Shown: piece after piece, positions 1 to 10,274 of the stretch
Layout of the letters: each line of letters starts with the position of its first letter
Position numbering within the stretch: the first letter of the stretch is position 1
NCBI GenBank assembly: GCA_965261085.1
Contig: OZ253442.1
Coordinates: 1,632,001-1,696,000 of the forward strand
DNA: 64,000 nucleotides
Direction of reading: 5' to 3'
Source of the DNA: a bacterium
Lineage (GTDB): Bacteria > UBA8248
Program-made: the position numbers and the translations under genes
Notes under the pieces: generated by a model
The model's database searches: none
What the model was told of the DNA's origin: nothing
What the model saw: only the letters and a program-made list of their open reading frames with translations

Positions 1-1
1 C

Positions 2-109
2 GAGTGGAAACACATGAACGCCTCCGAATGGACGGCGCGCGTAAGGAGCTATTATCGCCAGGAGCCCGGCTCCCCCGGCGTCTACAAGCGCAGGGGCTAC
101 GCCCGCTAG
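2..109 (+). CDS. 3' end of a CDS entering from the left edge (partial, unknown product)
   Basis: Open frame EWKHMNASEWTARVRSYYRQEPGSPGVYKRRGYAR* whose stop overlaps the stop of the convergent S24 gene (CTAG 106-109). Confidence 0.45.
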   Translation, partial: EWKHMNASEWTARVRSYYRQEPGSPGVYKRRGYAR

Positions 110-561
110 CCGCCCGGCGGCTTTCCGCCTGCGTTCTTCTTCAAGTGAAGGGCGCGCCAGACCACCCTGCCGATGATTCTGTCCTCGGGTTTTTCACCCG
201 CTGCCAACTCGCATATGTCCACGCGAAACTCCGCGCGATTCGCCGGGATGAGGGCGATGCGCCTCGCGTCGATAATCTCGACGTGTTTGACTGCGCACCG
301 CCCGTCCGCCGTGCGCAAGGCGTATATGCCGTCTTTTCGGGGCGTCTTGTCGTTCGTGTCGATGAGGACGAGGCAGCCTTCCGGAAGCAGCGGCTCCATG
401 CTGTTCCCGAGAATCTCGGCCCCGGCGTAATTTTCCGTCTCGAAGCCGAACTGATCCCGAGGCAGCAACAGCCAGTCCAGGGCCTCCGCATCCACGAATC
501 GCGCATTTACGCCCGAATCGTTCCACGCGCGTCCCGGATGCCGCCCGGCCTCCTCGCGCAT
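106..561 (-). CDS. S24 family peptidase (LexA/CI-like C-terminal domain, no HTH)
   Basis: GNSMEP serine motif, AVKH lysine, IIGRVVW terminus; GGAGGAAAAGG SD before ATG. Confidence 0.8.
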   Translation of the reverse strand: MREEAGRHPGRAWNDSGVNARFVDAEALDWLLLPRDQFGFETENYAGAEILGNSMEPLLPEGCLVLIDTNDKTPRKDGIYALRTADGRCAVKHVEIIDARRIALIPANRAEFRVDICELAAGEKPEDRIIGRVVWRALHLKKNAGGKPPGG

Positions 562-684
562 CTTTCCTTTTCCTCCGATCGGACATCGGATGAGGCGGCG
601 GCATGATGCGTGAACCGGCAGGCGCGCAGGGTGCGCGCCCGCCGGGTCGTGGAAAGCTCTCCAAGCCTGATTACTCCGCCGTCC

Positions 685-1467
685 CTAGCGCGGGAAGCGG
701 CTGAAGTCAGGTGGCCTTTTCTCCTTGAACGCGTTCATTCCCTCGGCGGATTGCTCGTTGTTCCACACGGCGTTCAGTAGTTCGCTGCCGTGCGTCCAGG
801 AGGGATAATGGAGGTCGCCCAGGAAGTTCAGGTTCGTCTTCATGTAGCGCAGCGTGGCCGGAGCGTGGGAGTTGATGGTGGCGCACCACTCTTCGGTCGT
901 TTTTTCGAGTTCATCGTCGGGCATGACCTCGTTGATCAGGCCGACTTCCTTGGCCTCCTGCGCGGAATAGCGCTTGGCCAGGAACAGCATCTGGCGCGCC
1001 CTGCGATCACCCATGAGCAGGGGAAGGTACTGCGTGGCGCCCACCACCGGCAGTGCGCCCACCCGCGCGCCCGATTGCCCGAACGTCGCGTTCTCGCTGG
1101 CGATGCACAAATCGCAATATAACTGCCATTCGTTCCCCCCGCCGATGCACCAGCCGCGCACCATGGCGATGGTGGGTTTGCCCGAGTTTCTGAGCGTCAT
1201 GCACAGCCGGCGCATCTTGTTGTTCCAGATGTGGCCCGTCTGGTAGTTGAGCCCCAGCATCATGTCCATGTCACCGCCCGAGGAGAAGTTCCCGTTCAGG
1301 CCGTACAGGACGCCCACGCCGATGTCGGGGTCCTCATCGAGCCGCGTGAAGGCTTCGATGACTTCGTTGATCATCTGAAAATTCATGGCGTTCAGGGTTT
1401 TGGGGCGATTCAGCCCCACCCAGAGGGTTTTGTCCCTGACCTCTACGACGGTTGCTCTTTCCGACAT
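685..1467 (-). CDS. Crotonase-family enoyl-CoA hydratase/hydrolase (MenB/BadI-like)
   Basis: LNRPKTLNAM, FSSGGD, GWCIGGGNE, EGMNAFKEKRPPDF; start placed at MSERA after a GGAG SD. Confidence 0.88.
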   Translation of the reverse strand: MSERATVVEVRDKTLWVGLNRPKTLNAMNFQMINEVIEAFTRLDEDPDIGVGVLYGLNGNFSSGGDMDMMLGLNYQTGHIWNNKMRRLCMTLRNSGKPTIAMVRGWCIGGGNEWQLYCDLCIASENATFGQSGARVGALPVVGATQYLPLLMGDRRARQMLFLAKRYSAQEAKEVGLINEVMPDDELEKTTEEWCATINSHAPATLRYMKTNLNFLGDLHYPSWTHGSELLNAVWNNEQSAEGMNAFKEKRPPDFSRFPR

Positions 1468-1594
1468 GTTCAAAATCTCCTTCTCGTCCGCCGCTCCGGG
1501 TGGACGCCTTGTTGAATGGAATTGTCCAAGTGGTCTTAAACCAGAGGCCGCATTCTCACACACGACGCGCCGATTTGCCAGACCAGCGCGCCAT

Positions 1595-2431
1595 CTACCA
1601 AAACCACTCGCTAGCGCCCTTATAGAGAAGCTGCAAGGAGACGAGCGTCATCAGCACCGCCAGAATGCGCGTGAGCGTGACGGATTTCACCTTGTTCGAC
1701 ATCGCGGCTCCCACTTGCGCGCCCACGATTATCCCGATCGCGAGGGGGAGAATCACGCTCTTCATCGCATAGAGATTTCCGTGGAAGAAATGAACCACCA
1801 CGGCGAGGGCGGTGGTCAAAAGAAGCTCGCACTGCGAGGTGGCGGTAGCGATGTGGGGAGGAATCCGCAGGATACGTATCATCACCGGCACGTGCATGGG
1901 ACCGCCCCCGATGCCCAGAAAGCTCGCCAGAAAACCCACGATGGAACTGATGCAAACGCCGAGTCGGAAGCGGAAGGCGTATTCATAGACGCGGCCCTGG
2001 TAGTCCACGATGCGCCGATGCGCCAGGGCGGCCAGACCGCCGCCGCTCGCCTGCGTCGCCTCGAGGGGAGGCGGCGGGTTGATGATGGAGATGCACAGGA
2101 TGAGCAGAGCCAGCCCCAGAATGATGTCGAACGGCCCGCGCGCGACCTCGCTCGTGGCGTAGACGCCGACGATCACCCAAGGGGCGCCCGCCAGGGCGAA
2201 TGATGCGCTGGTCTTCAAGTCGATTCGCTTTTGGCGGTAATAGGCGACCGAGCCTGAAAGGGCGTTCAGGCAGACCACGCTGAGCGAAGTGGCGGCGATG
2301 ACCTCGGAGGGTTGCTCGGTGAAGATCAGCAAGAGCAGGGGCGTTAAGATGAAGCCGCCGCCTGCGCCCACCAGCGTGCCGAGGAAGCCGACCACTAAGC
2401 CCATGGTCAGGAATTGAATGAAAAAAAGCAT
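1595..2431 (-). CDS. TauE/SafE family sulfite exporter
   Basis: Two GxGGG repeats (LVGAGGGF, LGIGGGPM), ATATS motif, multiple TM helices. Confidence 0.88.
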   Translation of the reverse strand: MLFFIQFLTMGLVVGFLGTLVGAGGGFILTPLLLLIFTEQPSEVIAATSLSVVCLNALSGSVAYYRQKRIDLKTSASFALAGAPWVIVGVYATSEVARGPFDIILGLALLILCISIINPPPPLEATQASGGGLAALAHRRIVDYQGRVYEYAFRFRLGVCISSIVGFLASFLGIGGGPMHVPVMIRILRIPPHIATATSQCELLLTTALAVVVHFFHGNLYAMKSVILPLAIGIIVGAQVGAAMSNKVKSVTLTRILAVLMTLVSLQLLYKGASEWFW

Positions 2432-2718
2432 GAAAATCTTCCTCAGATGCAAAAAGCGTCTTTGATGCGCTTTGGGAGGTATGGGGAGGCAATATGTCTA
2501 TTGGACTCGCTTGTCCTGCCTTGCGCTGATGGAGGCTGAGTCTAATACAGGATGAAGGCGAAAGACAATTTCATCCGGCCAATATTACCTGCCTCGCTGG
2601 TTTCACTCCCGCATCGCCGGGTAGGGGGAAATAACCGGGGCATGGTTTCGCAAAATCGGCTTTGGAAGTGTAGAATACTTCGAATAATGGAAACCGATAA
2701 TCATCTTCCTCCGGAGGA

Positions 2719-3804
2719 GTGATAATGATAGTTCCACTCGATACGCCCGTGGCGACGCGGGCCGAGAATTTCAGGAAAGCACTTGATTTCGATGAATCAG
2801 CGGCCTATCGGGTGTTGCAGGAGACGAAACAAGAATACCCCGAAGCGCAGGCCCCGCCGCTTCGCGCGCCGCGTCTGAAGAAAGAGGGCAAGAGCCTCGT
2901 GGCCATGGTTCGGGGGGAGACGCGCGATGAGGCCATACGCCTGGCGGTGGAAAAACTGGGCGGCATTCGGCGTATCATCGATTCGCCTGCGCCTGCGCTC
3001 CTGAAACCCAACTTCAACTCGGCCGATCCTTTTCCGGCCTCGACGCATCCCGATACGCTCGAGACCGTCGTTACGCTCTTGAAAGAAGCGGGTTGTGACG
3101 ATTTGGCCGTGGGCGAGATGGGCGGCCTTCTCTCACTGCCCGCGCGCGCCAATTTCGAGCGCTGGGGGATGAACGATTTTCAGGAGAGAACGGGCGTGAG
3201 CCTCCTGCGCTTCGACGAGGAGCCGTGGGTGAAGGCCCGCGCGCCCGAGGCGATCCGCTGGGGCGGGTGGGTGCACTGCATCGAGCGACTCTTAAGGCCC
3301 GGCCAGCACGTCGTCAACCTGCCCACCATGAAGAGCCACGGCGGGGGGCCGCGCTTCAGCCTCTCGCTCAAGAACGTGTACGGGTTCGTACATCCGAGAG
3401 ACCGCGTTCGCGCGCATTTCGTCTCCCAGATGGCGGAGATGATCATGGAGACGAACTTGCTCTATTCGCCCTCCCTCATCGTGCTCGACGGGACGAAGTG
3501 CTGGATATCGGGCGGTCCCTATACCGGGGAGGAGCGCGCGCCGAACGTGATGATAGTAGGGGATGACCGCATCGCCGTGGACGTCGTGGGGGCGTCGGTG
3601 GTGCGCGCCATGGGGTCCGAACTCCTGCGCGACTATCCGATATGGTCGCACCGGCAGATCAGGCGCGCTGTCGAGCTCGGGCTCGGCGCGTGCGGACCCG
3701 GAGAAGTGGAAGTCCTGACCGAGGATACGACCGGCGGCGCCGATTTCGCGGAACTAGCCGATCAAGTGCAAGCGTTCGTTCGCGAATCCGACCCTGGCGA
3801 ATAA
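2719..3804 (+). CDS. DUF362 domain-containing protein
   Basis: [31 protein letters not shown] motifs. Confidence 0.8.
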   Translation: MIMIVPLDTPVATRAENFRKALDFDESAAYRVLQETKQEYPEAQAPPLRAPRLKKEGKSLVAMVRGETRDEAIRLAVEKLGGIRRIIDSPAPALLKPNFNSADPFPASTHPDTLETVVTLLKEAGCDDLAVGEMGGLLSLPARANFERWGMNDFQERTGVSLLRFDEEPWVKARAPEAIRWGGWVHCIERLLRPGQHVVNLPTMKSHGGGPRFSLSLKNVYGFVHPRDRVRAHFVSQMAEMIMETNLLYSPSLIVLDGTKCWISGGPYTGEERAPNVMIVGDDRIAVDVVGASVVRAMGSELLRDYPIWSHRQIRRAVELGLGACGPGEVEVLTEDTTGGADFAELADQVQAFVRESDPGE

Positions 3805-3900
3805 GGATGTTTCGTCCGGCTCGCGCCCGCGTTGACGAGGGCGCGCGGTTTCCGCTACATTCCTTCGCACCCTTCGGGGATGGAAGGTCTCCTTCTGTAA

Positions 3901-3976
3901 GGGGCTGTAGCTCAGCTGGGAGAGCGCATGACTGGCAGTCATGAGGTCAGGGGTTCGATCCCCCTCAGCTCCACCA
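3901..3976 (+). tRNA. tRNA-Ala (anticodon GGC)
   Basis: GGGGCTGTAGCTCAGCTGGGAGAGCG, anticodon arm CATGA-CTGGCAG-TCATG, GGTTCGATC T-loop, encoded CCA. Confidence 0.97.
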
Positions 3977-4190
3977 AAATTCTTCTCCCAATATTCGAAT
4001 TCCAGGCGCGCCGCATCCTGAAGGCTTGATTATTATTCCACAAAGCCGGTGCGTGGCCTCTTCCGTTGCGGTAAACACAAGCGAAAGAATCCCCGACGAA
4101 TCGTCGATTTACCTATTTCTATGCGGTAGAGACCGTGAATGTACTCATAAGTCATTGACATTCGACGCCTTCGCGGTATAAGGATGATCT

Positions 4191-4961
4191 ATGGACATCC
4201 ATATCACCCACGAGTTGCCGAGCGAAGGTCCGGGCTCGGGCCCGGTGAAAATCGGCTGGTTGCTGAACGAAGAGCGCGGCGGAGTCATCTATGACGCGCC
4301 CACGCGCGTGCGCTCGGTGGAGATGAGCAAGAGCCATGCGAAATCGGCTTCGCGGTGCCCGGCGATACTCAATCTCGAGAGTCGCTATTTCGAGGTGAAA
4401 TGTCCTTTCGACCTGCGTCTGGGTTTCGCCCGGGACAAGAACGGCAAACCGACCCTGCGGAACCTCCTGGGCCAGAAATCTCCGGTGCGCTCGAAAAAAC
4501 TCTCTTCTTTTCTTCACCTCACGTCCGAGGCGGAATGGCGTTATCCGGACCGGCCCACGATTCAGATGTCCCTTCCCTACGTGTTCATAGCGGACGAGCC
4601 GGTCTATATGTCCCAGATTGCGCCTTTCATGCACTACCAGGCCGAGCCCTGGCCGGGCACAATCTTCGGTGGCCGCTTTCCGATCGACGTATGGCCGAGA
4701 CCCCTGATGTGGGCATTCGAGTGGCATGACGTCGAGAAAGAGTTGCGCCTCTCCCGCGGCGAGCCCCTCTTTTATTGTCAGTTCGAAACGACGCCCCAGG
4801 ATCGACCCGTCCAACTGGTCGAAGCTGCGCGCACGCCGGAACTCGACGCCTATCTCGAACACATTTCCGGGGTCGTGAATTTCGTGAACCAGACTTTCTC
4901 GCTATTCAAGACGGCGCAAGAACGCCGCCCCGAAACTTTGCTGGTTCCGAAGTCGCGTTGA
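4191..4961 (+). CDS. Conserved hypothetical protein (possibly DUF6065/dUTPase-like fold)
   Basis: 256-aa ORF with GGA SD and host-like codon usage; RCPA...CPFD and GEPLFY segments. Confidence 0.65.
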   Translation: MDIHITHELPSEGPGSGPVKIGWLLNEERGGVIYDAPTRVRSVEMSKSHAKSASRCPAILNLESRYFEVKCPFDLRLGFARDKNGKPTLRNLLGQKSPVRSKKLSSFLHLTSEAEWRYPDRPTIQMSLPYVFIADEPVYMSQIAPFMHYQAEPWPGTIFGGRFPIDVWPRPLMWAFEWHDVEKELRLSRGEPLFYCQFETTPQDRPVQLVEAARTPELDAYLEHISGVVNFVNQTFSLFKTAQERRPETLLVPKSR

Positions 4962-5111
4962 CGCTAGCCCAGGAAAATATTCCTAACCCTTTGTTTATCA
5001 GATATTTAAGCTTATCGTTATTTATCGATAAACCTCGTGAATTTATCTAATTTTATGGGAATTATATACTTAAATCCGCAAGAATATTTGCACTTAAAAA
5101 AGGAAACTAAA

Positions 5112-5291
5112 ATGGATGATGAAAAATATATACCAATAGAGTATTTAGAAAAAATAAAACAATCTTTTCGTGATCATAAAAAGACTGGAAATATGCTAAT
5201 TGAGGAAATGTACAGAATGATAGATCGTATAGGGTACTTAGAAGAAAAATTTAAGGACTTACCCATGCATCAGACTGTTGATCCCCGTTAA
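5112..5291 (+). CDS. Small hypothetical passenger protein (59 aa)
   Basis: AAGGA SD then ATG MDDEKYIPIE; inside the TIR cassette. Confidence 0.45.
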   Translation: MDDEKYIPIEYLEKIKQSFRDHKKTGNMLIEEMYRMIDRIGYLEEKFKDLPMHQTVDPR

Positions 5292-5604
5292 TCTCAGTTT
5301 CAGCGTCTTCATGTAGTTTTTTAATTTCAGAATTATCCGGGTGTTTTTTCTTCAAAGAGTACAGCCACATTAAATGAAAATGTCCAGCAGATATTGATTC
5401 TATCGCTTTTATTTTGGCATCTTCTAATGTCGGAAATTCATCGCCTCGGATATATGAATTTTTAGTACCGAAAACATTACAGGTGTCTTTTAACCATAAG
5501 ACATGAGTATTAGAGTTAGGGTTGAATTCCATGTGCCCCAATTCTTCTTCATTGTTTCCAACTCGTTGAACTATGTGGCCATTTTGCCAATGGATAGAAC
5601 TCAT
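5251..5604 (-). CDS. Hypothetical passenger protein (about 117 aa)
   Basis: AAGGA SD before MSSIHWQNG; long open frame in AT-rich DNA. Confidence 0.55.
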   Translation of the reverse strand: MSSIHWQNGHIVQRVGNNEEELGHMEFNPNSNTHVLWLKDTCNVFGTKNSYIRGDEFPTLEDAKIKAIESISAGHFHLMWLYSLKKKHPDNSEIKKLHEDAETEINGDQQSDAWVSP

Positions 5605-6035
5605 TTTTGAAATCCTTAAATGGTGGAAGATAGATAAGAGCGGGGGCAGACTACGAATTATGAGAAAAGGAGTCAAGAATAAAGAAAGAATTGCTGGAAG
5701 ACGTATGCCGACTTGTAAAGAACTTGAGCAGAAGTGAAAACTTGAAAAGAAGTAAGTTTCTTGCGGATTTAAGTATATAATTCCCTATTTTATCGATATT
5801 TTCAGAAATTCCCGCTTGTGCGACCCTGAGTCTCCGGCCGGTCGCCGTCGCGCCACACGCAGGGGTCCGCGCGTTCCTCGCCGGGTGAGGCGAAACTCCG
5901 CCGATTGGTCTTTCGTAGGCCCGCGTTTTTGCGGGGAAACGCTAAAAGTGTTACTAATGTAATCCAACCTGACATTCTTGTTTGCCCCTTGATGAGGGCA
6001 TCTTTCCTTTGATGACGAGATAGGGATTCGATTCG

Positions 6036-7004
6036 ATGAATGAGACGGGAAACTTTCATTTCGGCTATCTGCTGCCCACGCGCGGCGTCGTCGTGGCGGC
6101 GGGGGGTGAGGCGCCGGACACCGAACCCATATTTACTTTGGCGAAAAAGGCCGAGAACCTTGGCCTCGATTCCGTGTGGCTCGGCGACAGCGTGCTGGCC
6201 AAGCCGCGCATGGAGAGCTTCACGACCTGGGCGGCGGTTCTCGCGTCCACCGAGCGCGTTCAGGTGGGCACGGCGGTCATGCTCGCGGCGCTCAGGCACC
6301 CGGTGATGCTCGCCCAATCGATGAGCACGCTCGACTGCATGTTCCCCGGGCGCGTCCTCCCCGGCCTGGGCGTGGGTCGCACGGACCTCAAGTTCGAGTT
6401 CGAGACGATCGGCGTTCCGCTGGGCGAGCGCGCGCGCCGGTTTTCTGAGACGGTGGAGATACTCAAGCTGCTCATGCGCGAATCCCGGGCGGATTACGCG
6501 GGCAAACATTTCTCCTTCGAGGGTGTGGCGCTCGAACCTCGGCCCAAAACCCCCGGCGGCCCTCCGGTCTGGCTCTCGAGCAATCTGGTGGATTCTGGCC
6601 TTAAGCGCGTGGCGCGCCTGGCCGACGGCTGGATTACGAATTCGATTACCCCGGACCTCTACCGGCAGTGCTGGGAGAAGATACTCGTCTATGCGGATGA
6701 GTTCGGCAGGACAGATGAGATTCAAAGCATTCCCCAGTGCCTCTACGTCACCATGAACGTGAATCCCGACGGAGAAAAAGCGGAGGCGCAGTGCGGGGAA
6801 TTTCTCTCCAAGTACTACCACAAGACCTTCGATGAGGTGCGCAAGCAACTGCTCGTCATCGCCGGAGACGGAGATCGCGTGGAGGAGCAGCTCAGAGAAT
6901 ATGCGGGGGAGGGCGCGCGCGTTTTCGTCGTTCGCTTTGCGGGCGGCAGCCAGGAAGAACAACTGGAGAATTTTGTCTCGGAACTTTTGCCGAGGTTCAA
7001 GTAG
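6036..7004 (+). CDS. LLM class flavin-dependent oxidoreductase
   Basis: GLDSVWLGDS, GTAV, LRHP, GLGVG, ADGW motifs. Confidence 0.92.
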   Translation: MNETGNFHFGYLLPTRGVVVAAGGEAPDTEPIFTLAKKAENLGLDSVWLGDSVLAKPRMESFTTWAAVLASTERVQVGTAVMLAALRHPVMLAQSMSTLDCMFPGRVLPGLGVGRTDLKFEFETIGVPLGERARRFSETVEILKLLMRESRADYAGKHFSFEGVALEPRPKTPGGPPVWLSSNLVDSGLKRVARLADGWITNSITPDLYRQCWEKILVYADEFGRTDEIQSIPQCLYVTMNVNPDGEKAEAQCGEFLSKYYHKTFDEVRKQLLVIAGDGDRVEEQLREYAGEGARVFVVRFAGGSQEEQLENFVSELLPRFK

Positions 7005-8189
7005 ATGGTTTTAGAAAACGGAACGGGCGCTTCCAAAGAAGAGATCAAGAAGAGGGTATCGGATTCGCGCGACCTCATGCGCGCAGGAGAACTCGATGTT
7101 CTGCTCGTCATCGGACGCTCTTTTTATGACCGCATGGGAAGCCTGACCTACCTCACCAACCACTTTCCGCCGTTTCCGCCGGGAGCGTTCAGCGAGACCG
7201 TTCGCGGCATGGGCCACGGGGTGCTCGTCCTGCCGCTCGAGGAGGAGCCGCTGCTCTTCGTGGACCACCGGAACTATCGCCGCGAAATGGTGCACGTCGA
7301 GAAGGTCCAGGTGGAGGCGAACATCTCCGCGGGCCTGGTCAATCAACTCGAGCGCTTGGGAGCGCAGGGCGCGCGGGTGGGCATCGCCGGAGAGGACATC
7401 ATGCCGGCCACGATGTACATCGACTTGACCACGGCGTTGCCCGATGCGCAGTTCTCGAACGCGAACGCCCTGGTGGAGCAACTCCGCGCTAGGAAGAGTG
7501 AAACCGAGGTCGCCTATCTCAAACGCGCGGCGGAGATCGTCGAGACGGGCTACACCGCTATTTTCGACGCGATTCGCCCCGGCGTGAGCGAGAGCGATTT
7601 GTGCGCAGAGGGCCACGCGGCGGGAATGCGCGCGGGCGCCGACTTCGTGCGCTACGTCCGCGTTCACAGCGGCCCGTGGGCGAGTTGGGGTTCGCGCTGG
7701 CCGCAGGCGACCCAGAGAAAACTGGAGGCGGGCGACCTGATCCGCTTCGACTACGTGGGCGCGGTGGAAGGCTATGGATTCGACGTCAACCGCACCGCCG
7801 TGGTTCCCGGCAAGAAACTCGAGAAGAGCGTGGAGGAGATGCTGGAGTTGACCATCGCGACTTCCGAGGCGGCGATGGGCGCGGTTCAAGCGGGCGCCAG
7901 GGCTTCGGACGTTCACGAGGCGGCGAGCCGGTTCCTGGATGATAACGCGAACGGGGCGGGGCAGTACCTCTTCCCCATGGCGGGGCACGGCATCGGCCTG
8001 GAAACCGTGGAAGCGCCCATCATCAGGCCGGACAACGCGATGGTCCTGGAGCGGAACATGGTGCTCTGCGTGGAGCCGCAGTTCGTGCTGCCTGAAGTGG
8101 GGGGCACGAACATCGAGCAGATGGTGCTCGTGACCGATGATGGATGCGAACTCCTCACGACGACCACCACGCGCCCGTGGGCGGAATGA
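7005..8189 (+). CDS. M24 family Xaa-Pro peptidase/creatinase-like
   Basis: LRARKSETE, DVNRT, GHGIGL, CVEP, NIEQ metal-binding motifs. Confidence 0.9.
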   Translation: MVLENGTGASKEEIKKRVSDSRDLMRAGELDVLLVIGRSFYDRMGSLTYLTNHFPPFPPGAFSETVRGMGHGVLVLPLEEEPLLFVDHRNYRREMVHVEKVQVEANISAGLVNQLERLGAQGARVGIAGEDIMPATMYIDLTTALPDAQFSNANALVEQLRARKSETEVAYLKRAAEIVETGYTAIFDAIRPGVSESDLCAEGHAAGMRAGADFVRYVRVHSGPWASWGSRWPQATQRKLEAGDLIRFDYVGAVEGYGFDVNRTAVVPGKKLEKSVEEMLELTIATSEAAMGAVQAGARASDVHEAASRFLDDNANGAGQYLFPMAGHGIGLETVEAPIIRPDNAMVLERNMVLCVEPQFVLPEVGGTNIEQMVLVTDDGCELLTTTTTRPWAE

Positions 8190-8344
8190 GGCGAGCGTCC
8201 GCTCATGACAGGCGGATGAAATCGCCCGATAAGTAAGAATCGATACCCATGCGCTCGTGATGCGCTGGTAATTTTGTGTGAGACGCTTTTGGGTGCGTCT
8301 GGCGTTTGTTTGTGAAAACGCCTCACCAAGGGGACGGAATTTCC

Positions 8345-10216
8345 ATGAAGCGGTTCCTGAACCCGGTCGCCATGCTGGCTATCGTCTGGTCGGTCATCCA
8401 GCTCTACTGGGCCTTTTTCGGGATGTTGCACGTCTTTACCTCCAGGCCGCTTCATCTGAGCTTCGCGCTGGGCATCGTCTTTCTCACAAAACCGTTTCGC
8501 AAGGAAGGCCGCGTCGGCGCCGTCGATTACGTCCTGACCGTCATCGCCATGTGTATCGCGCTGCTCTATCTGTTTGAGTGGAATTTCCTGAACGAACGCA
8601 TCCGCGACGTGGATTACGTTCCCGTGCGCTATATCTACTTAGGGTTAGCCTACATCCTCCTGACCGTAGAGGCCTCGCGGCGTTATCTCGGCTGGGGCGT
8701 CACCTCGGTCGCCGTCGTGGCGCTGGCTTATAATTTCCTGGGTCATTTTATTCCTGGCCCCCTGGGGCACCGCTTCATCGAGTTGCCCGAGTTTATCGAG
8801 TTCCAGATCCTGGGCATCGAGGGCCTGCTGGGCGTTCCGCTGGGCGTGAGCGTGGAGGTGGTGTTCTATTTCGTGCTCTTCTCGGCTGCGCTAGAGGTTT
8901 CGGGCGGCGGACGCATGTTCATCGACCTGGCCATCCGGCTCACCGGTTCGTTCCGGGGCGGTCCGGCCAAGGCGGCTATCGTGAGCAGCAGCCTCATGGG
9001 AACCATCAGCGGCAGCGCGACGGCGAACGTCGTGGGAACCGGCATCTTCACCATCCCGCTGATGAAGCGCTTGGGCTTCGCCCCCCATTACGCCGGCGCG
9101 GTGGAAGCGGTGGCCTCAACGGGCGGGCAGCTCATGCCGCCCATCATGGGAGCGGGAGCTTTCATTCTGGCCGACATGACGGGAACCCCCTACCTGCGGG
9201 TGGCGGGCGCTGCGGCCATTCCGGCCGTCATCTACTACGTCTCGCTGTTCTTCATGGTCGATCTCGAGGCGAAAAAGCTGAATCTCAAGGGATTGAGCAA
9301 AGACGAGATGCCCGTACTCAAGAGCATCATCCTGGAGCGCGGTCTTCTGCTCCTGCCGATCATCCTGCTCTTGGGCTACATGGTCGCCGGTTTTACGCTG
9401 ATGTGGTCGGCCACCTCGGCGGCCATCGGCGTGGTGGTGCTCAGCTGGGTGCGCAGGTCGACGCGTATGGGGCCCGAGAAGATAATCGAAGCGCTCGAGA
9501 AGGCCGGGCGCATGACGGTCCCCGTCGCCGTTCCCTGCGCGATCGCGGGCGTCGTGGTCGGCGTGGTGGACGATACGGGCCTCGGACTCAAATTCTCCGG
9601 CCTCATCGTGAACATTTCGGGCGGCATGATTCTGCCCGCGCTGGTGCTGACGCTCATCGGCTGCGTCATCATGGGCATGGGGATGCCCACGGCCGCCGCC
9701 TACATCATGGCGGGCACGCTTCTGGGGCCCGCGCTCGCTAAGCTCGGGCTTCCCGTTCTGGCGGCGCATATGTTCATCTACTATTTCGCCATACTCTCGA
9801 TGCTGACGCCGCCGGTGGCGCTATCGGCCTACGTCGCCTCGGGCGTGGCCAATTCGGACCTGACCGCTACGGGCTGGAAGGCGTTTCAGCTCTCTTTGGC
9901 GGGATTTCTCATTCCCTTCGCGTTCGTATATAATCCTGCCATGCTGTTCATCGGTCCGCTCGGTGAGACGCTCTGGGTATCGATCACCTGCATCATCGGT
10001 GTGGCGGCCCTGGCGGCGGCGATCACCGGGCACATATCGATCCCCCTGGTGGCTTGGGAGCGGGCGGTTTTCTTTATCTGTTGCCTGGGGCTGATCGTTC
10101 CCGAGAAGTTGACGGACGTCATCGGCTTCGTTTTGGTGGTCATTGTTTTCTGGCGCCATCTGGCGCGCGCCAAGAAAAGCGCCCTCGCTGTAGAATCGGC
10201 GGGTCCGGTCTCTTAG
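8345..10216 (+). CDS. TRAP transporter fused 4TM/12TM permease
   Basis: GGPAKAAI, GSATANV, ASTGGQLMPPIMGA, GMGMPT, TPPVA. Confidence 0.95.
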   Translation: MKRFLNPVAMLAIVWSVIQLYWAFFGMLHVFTSRPLHLSFALGIVFLTKPFRKEGRVGAVDYVLTVIAMCIALLYLFEWNFLNERIRDVDYVPVRYIYLGLAYILLTVEASRRYLGWGVTSVAVVALAYNFLGHFIPGPLGHRFIELPEFIEFQILGIEGLLGVPLGVSVEVVFYFVLFSAALEVSGGGRMFIDLAIRLTGSFRGGPAKAAIVSSSLMGTISGSATANVVGTGIFTIPLMKRLGFAPHYAGAVEAVASTGGQLMPPIMGAGAFILADMTGTPYLRVAGAAAIPAVIYYVSLFFMVDLEAKKLNLKGLSKDEMPVLKSIILERGLLLLPIILLLGYMVAGFTLMWSATSAAIGVVVLSWVRRSTRMGPEKIIEALEKAGRMTVPVAVPCAIAGVVVGVVDDTGLGLKFSGLIVNISGGMILPALVLTLIGCVIMGMGMPTAAAYIMAGTLLGPALAKLGLPVLAAHMFIYYFAILSMLTPPVALSAYVASGVANSDLTATGWKAFQLSLAGFLIPFAFVYNPAMLFIGPLGETLWVSITCIIGVAALAAAITGHISIPLVAWERAVFFICCLGLIVPEKLTDVIGFVLVVIVFWRHLARAKKSALAVESAGPVS

Positions 10217-10274
10217 CGAAAAACGCATTATAGGCGGAACAATTCGTGTTATTTCCAACAGAGGAGTTTTCGAC

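Larger units (their letters stand above)
5057..5785. mobile_element. Non-autonomous IS1595-family (ISNwi1-like ends) cassette carrying passenger ORFs
   Basis: Perfect 28-bp TIR GGGAATTATATACTTAAATCCGCAAGAA (5057-5084 / 5758-5785); flanks AATTTTAT / TATTTTAT (8-bp TSD, 1 mismatch); AT-rich interior; no transposase. Confidence 0.85.

Noticed and set aside
3901-5800. tRNA-Ala-anchored integrative island
   Set aside because: No integrase and no duplicated tRNA 3' end found; the low-GC segment is explained by its own TIRs.
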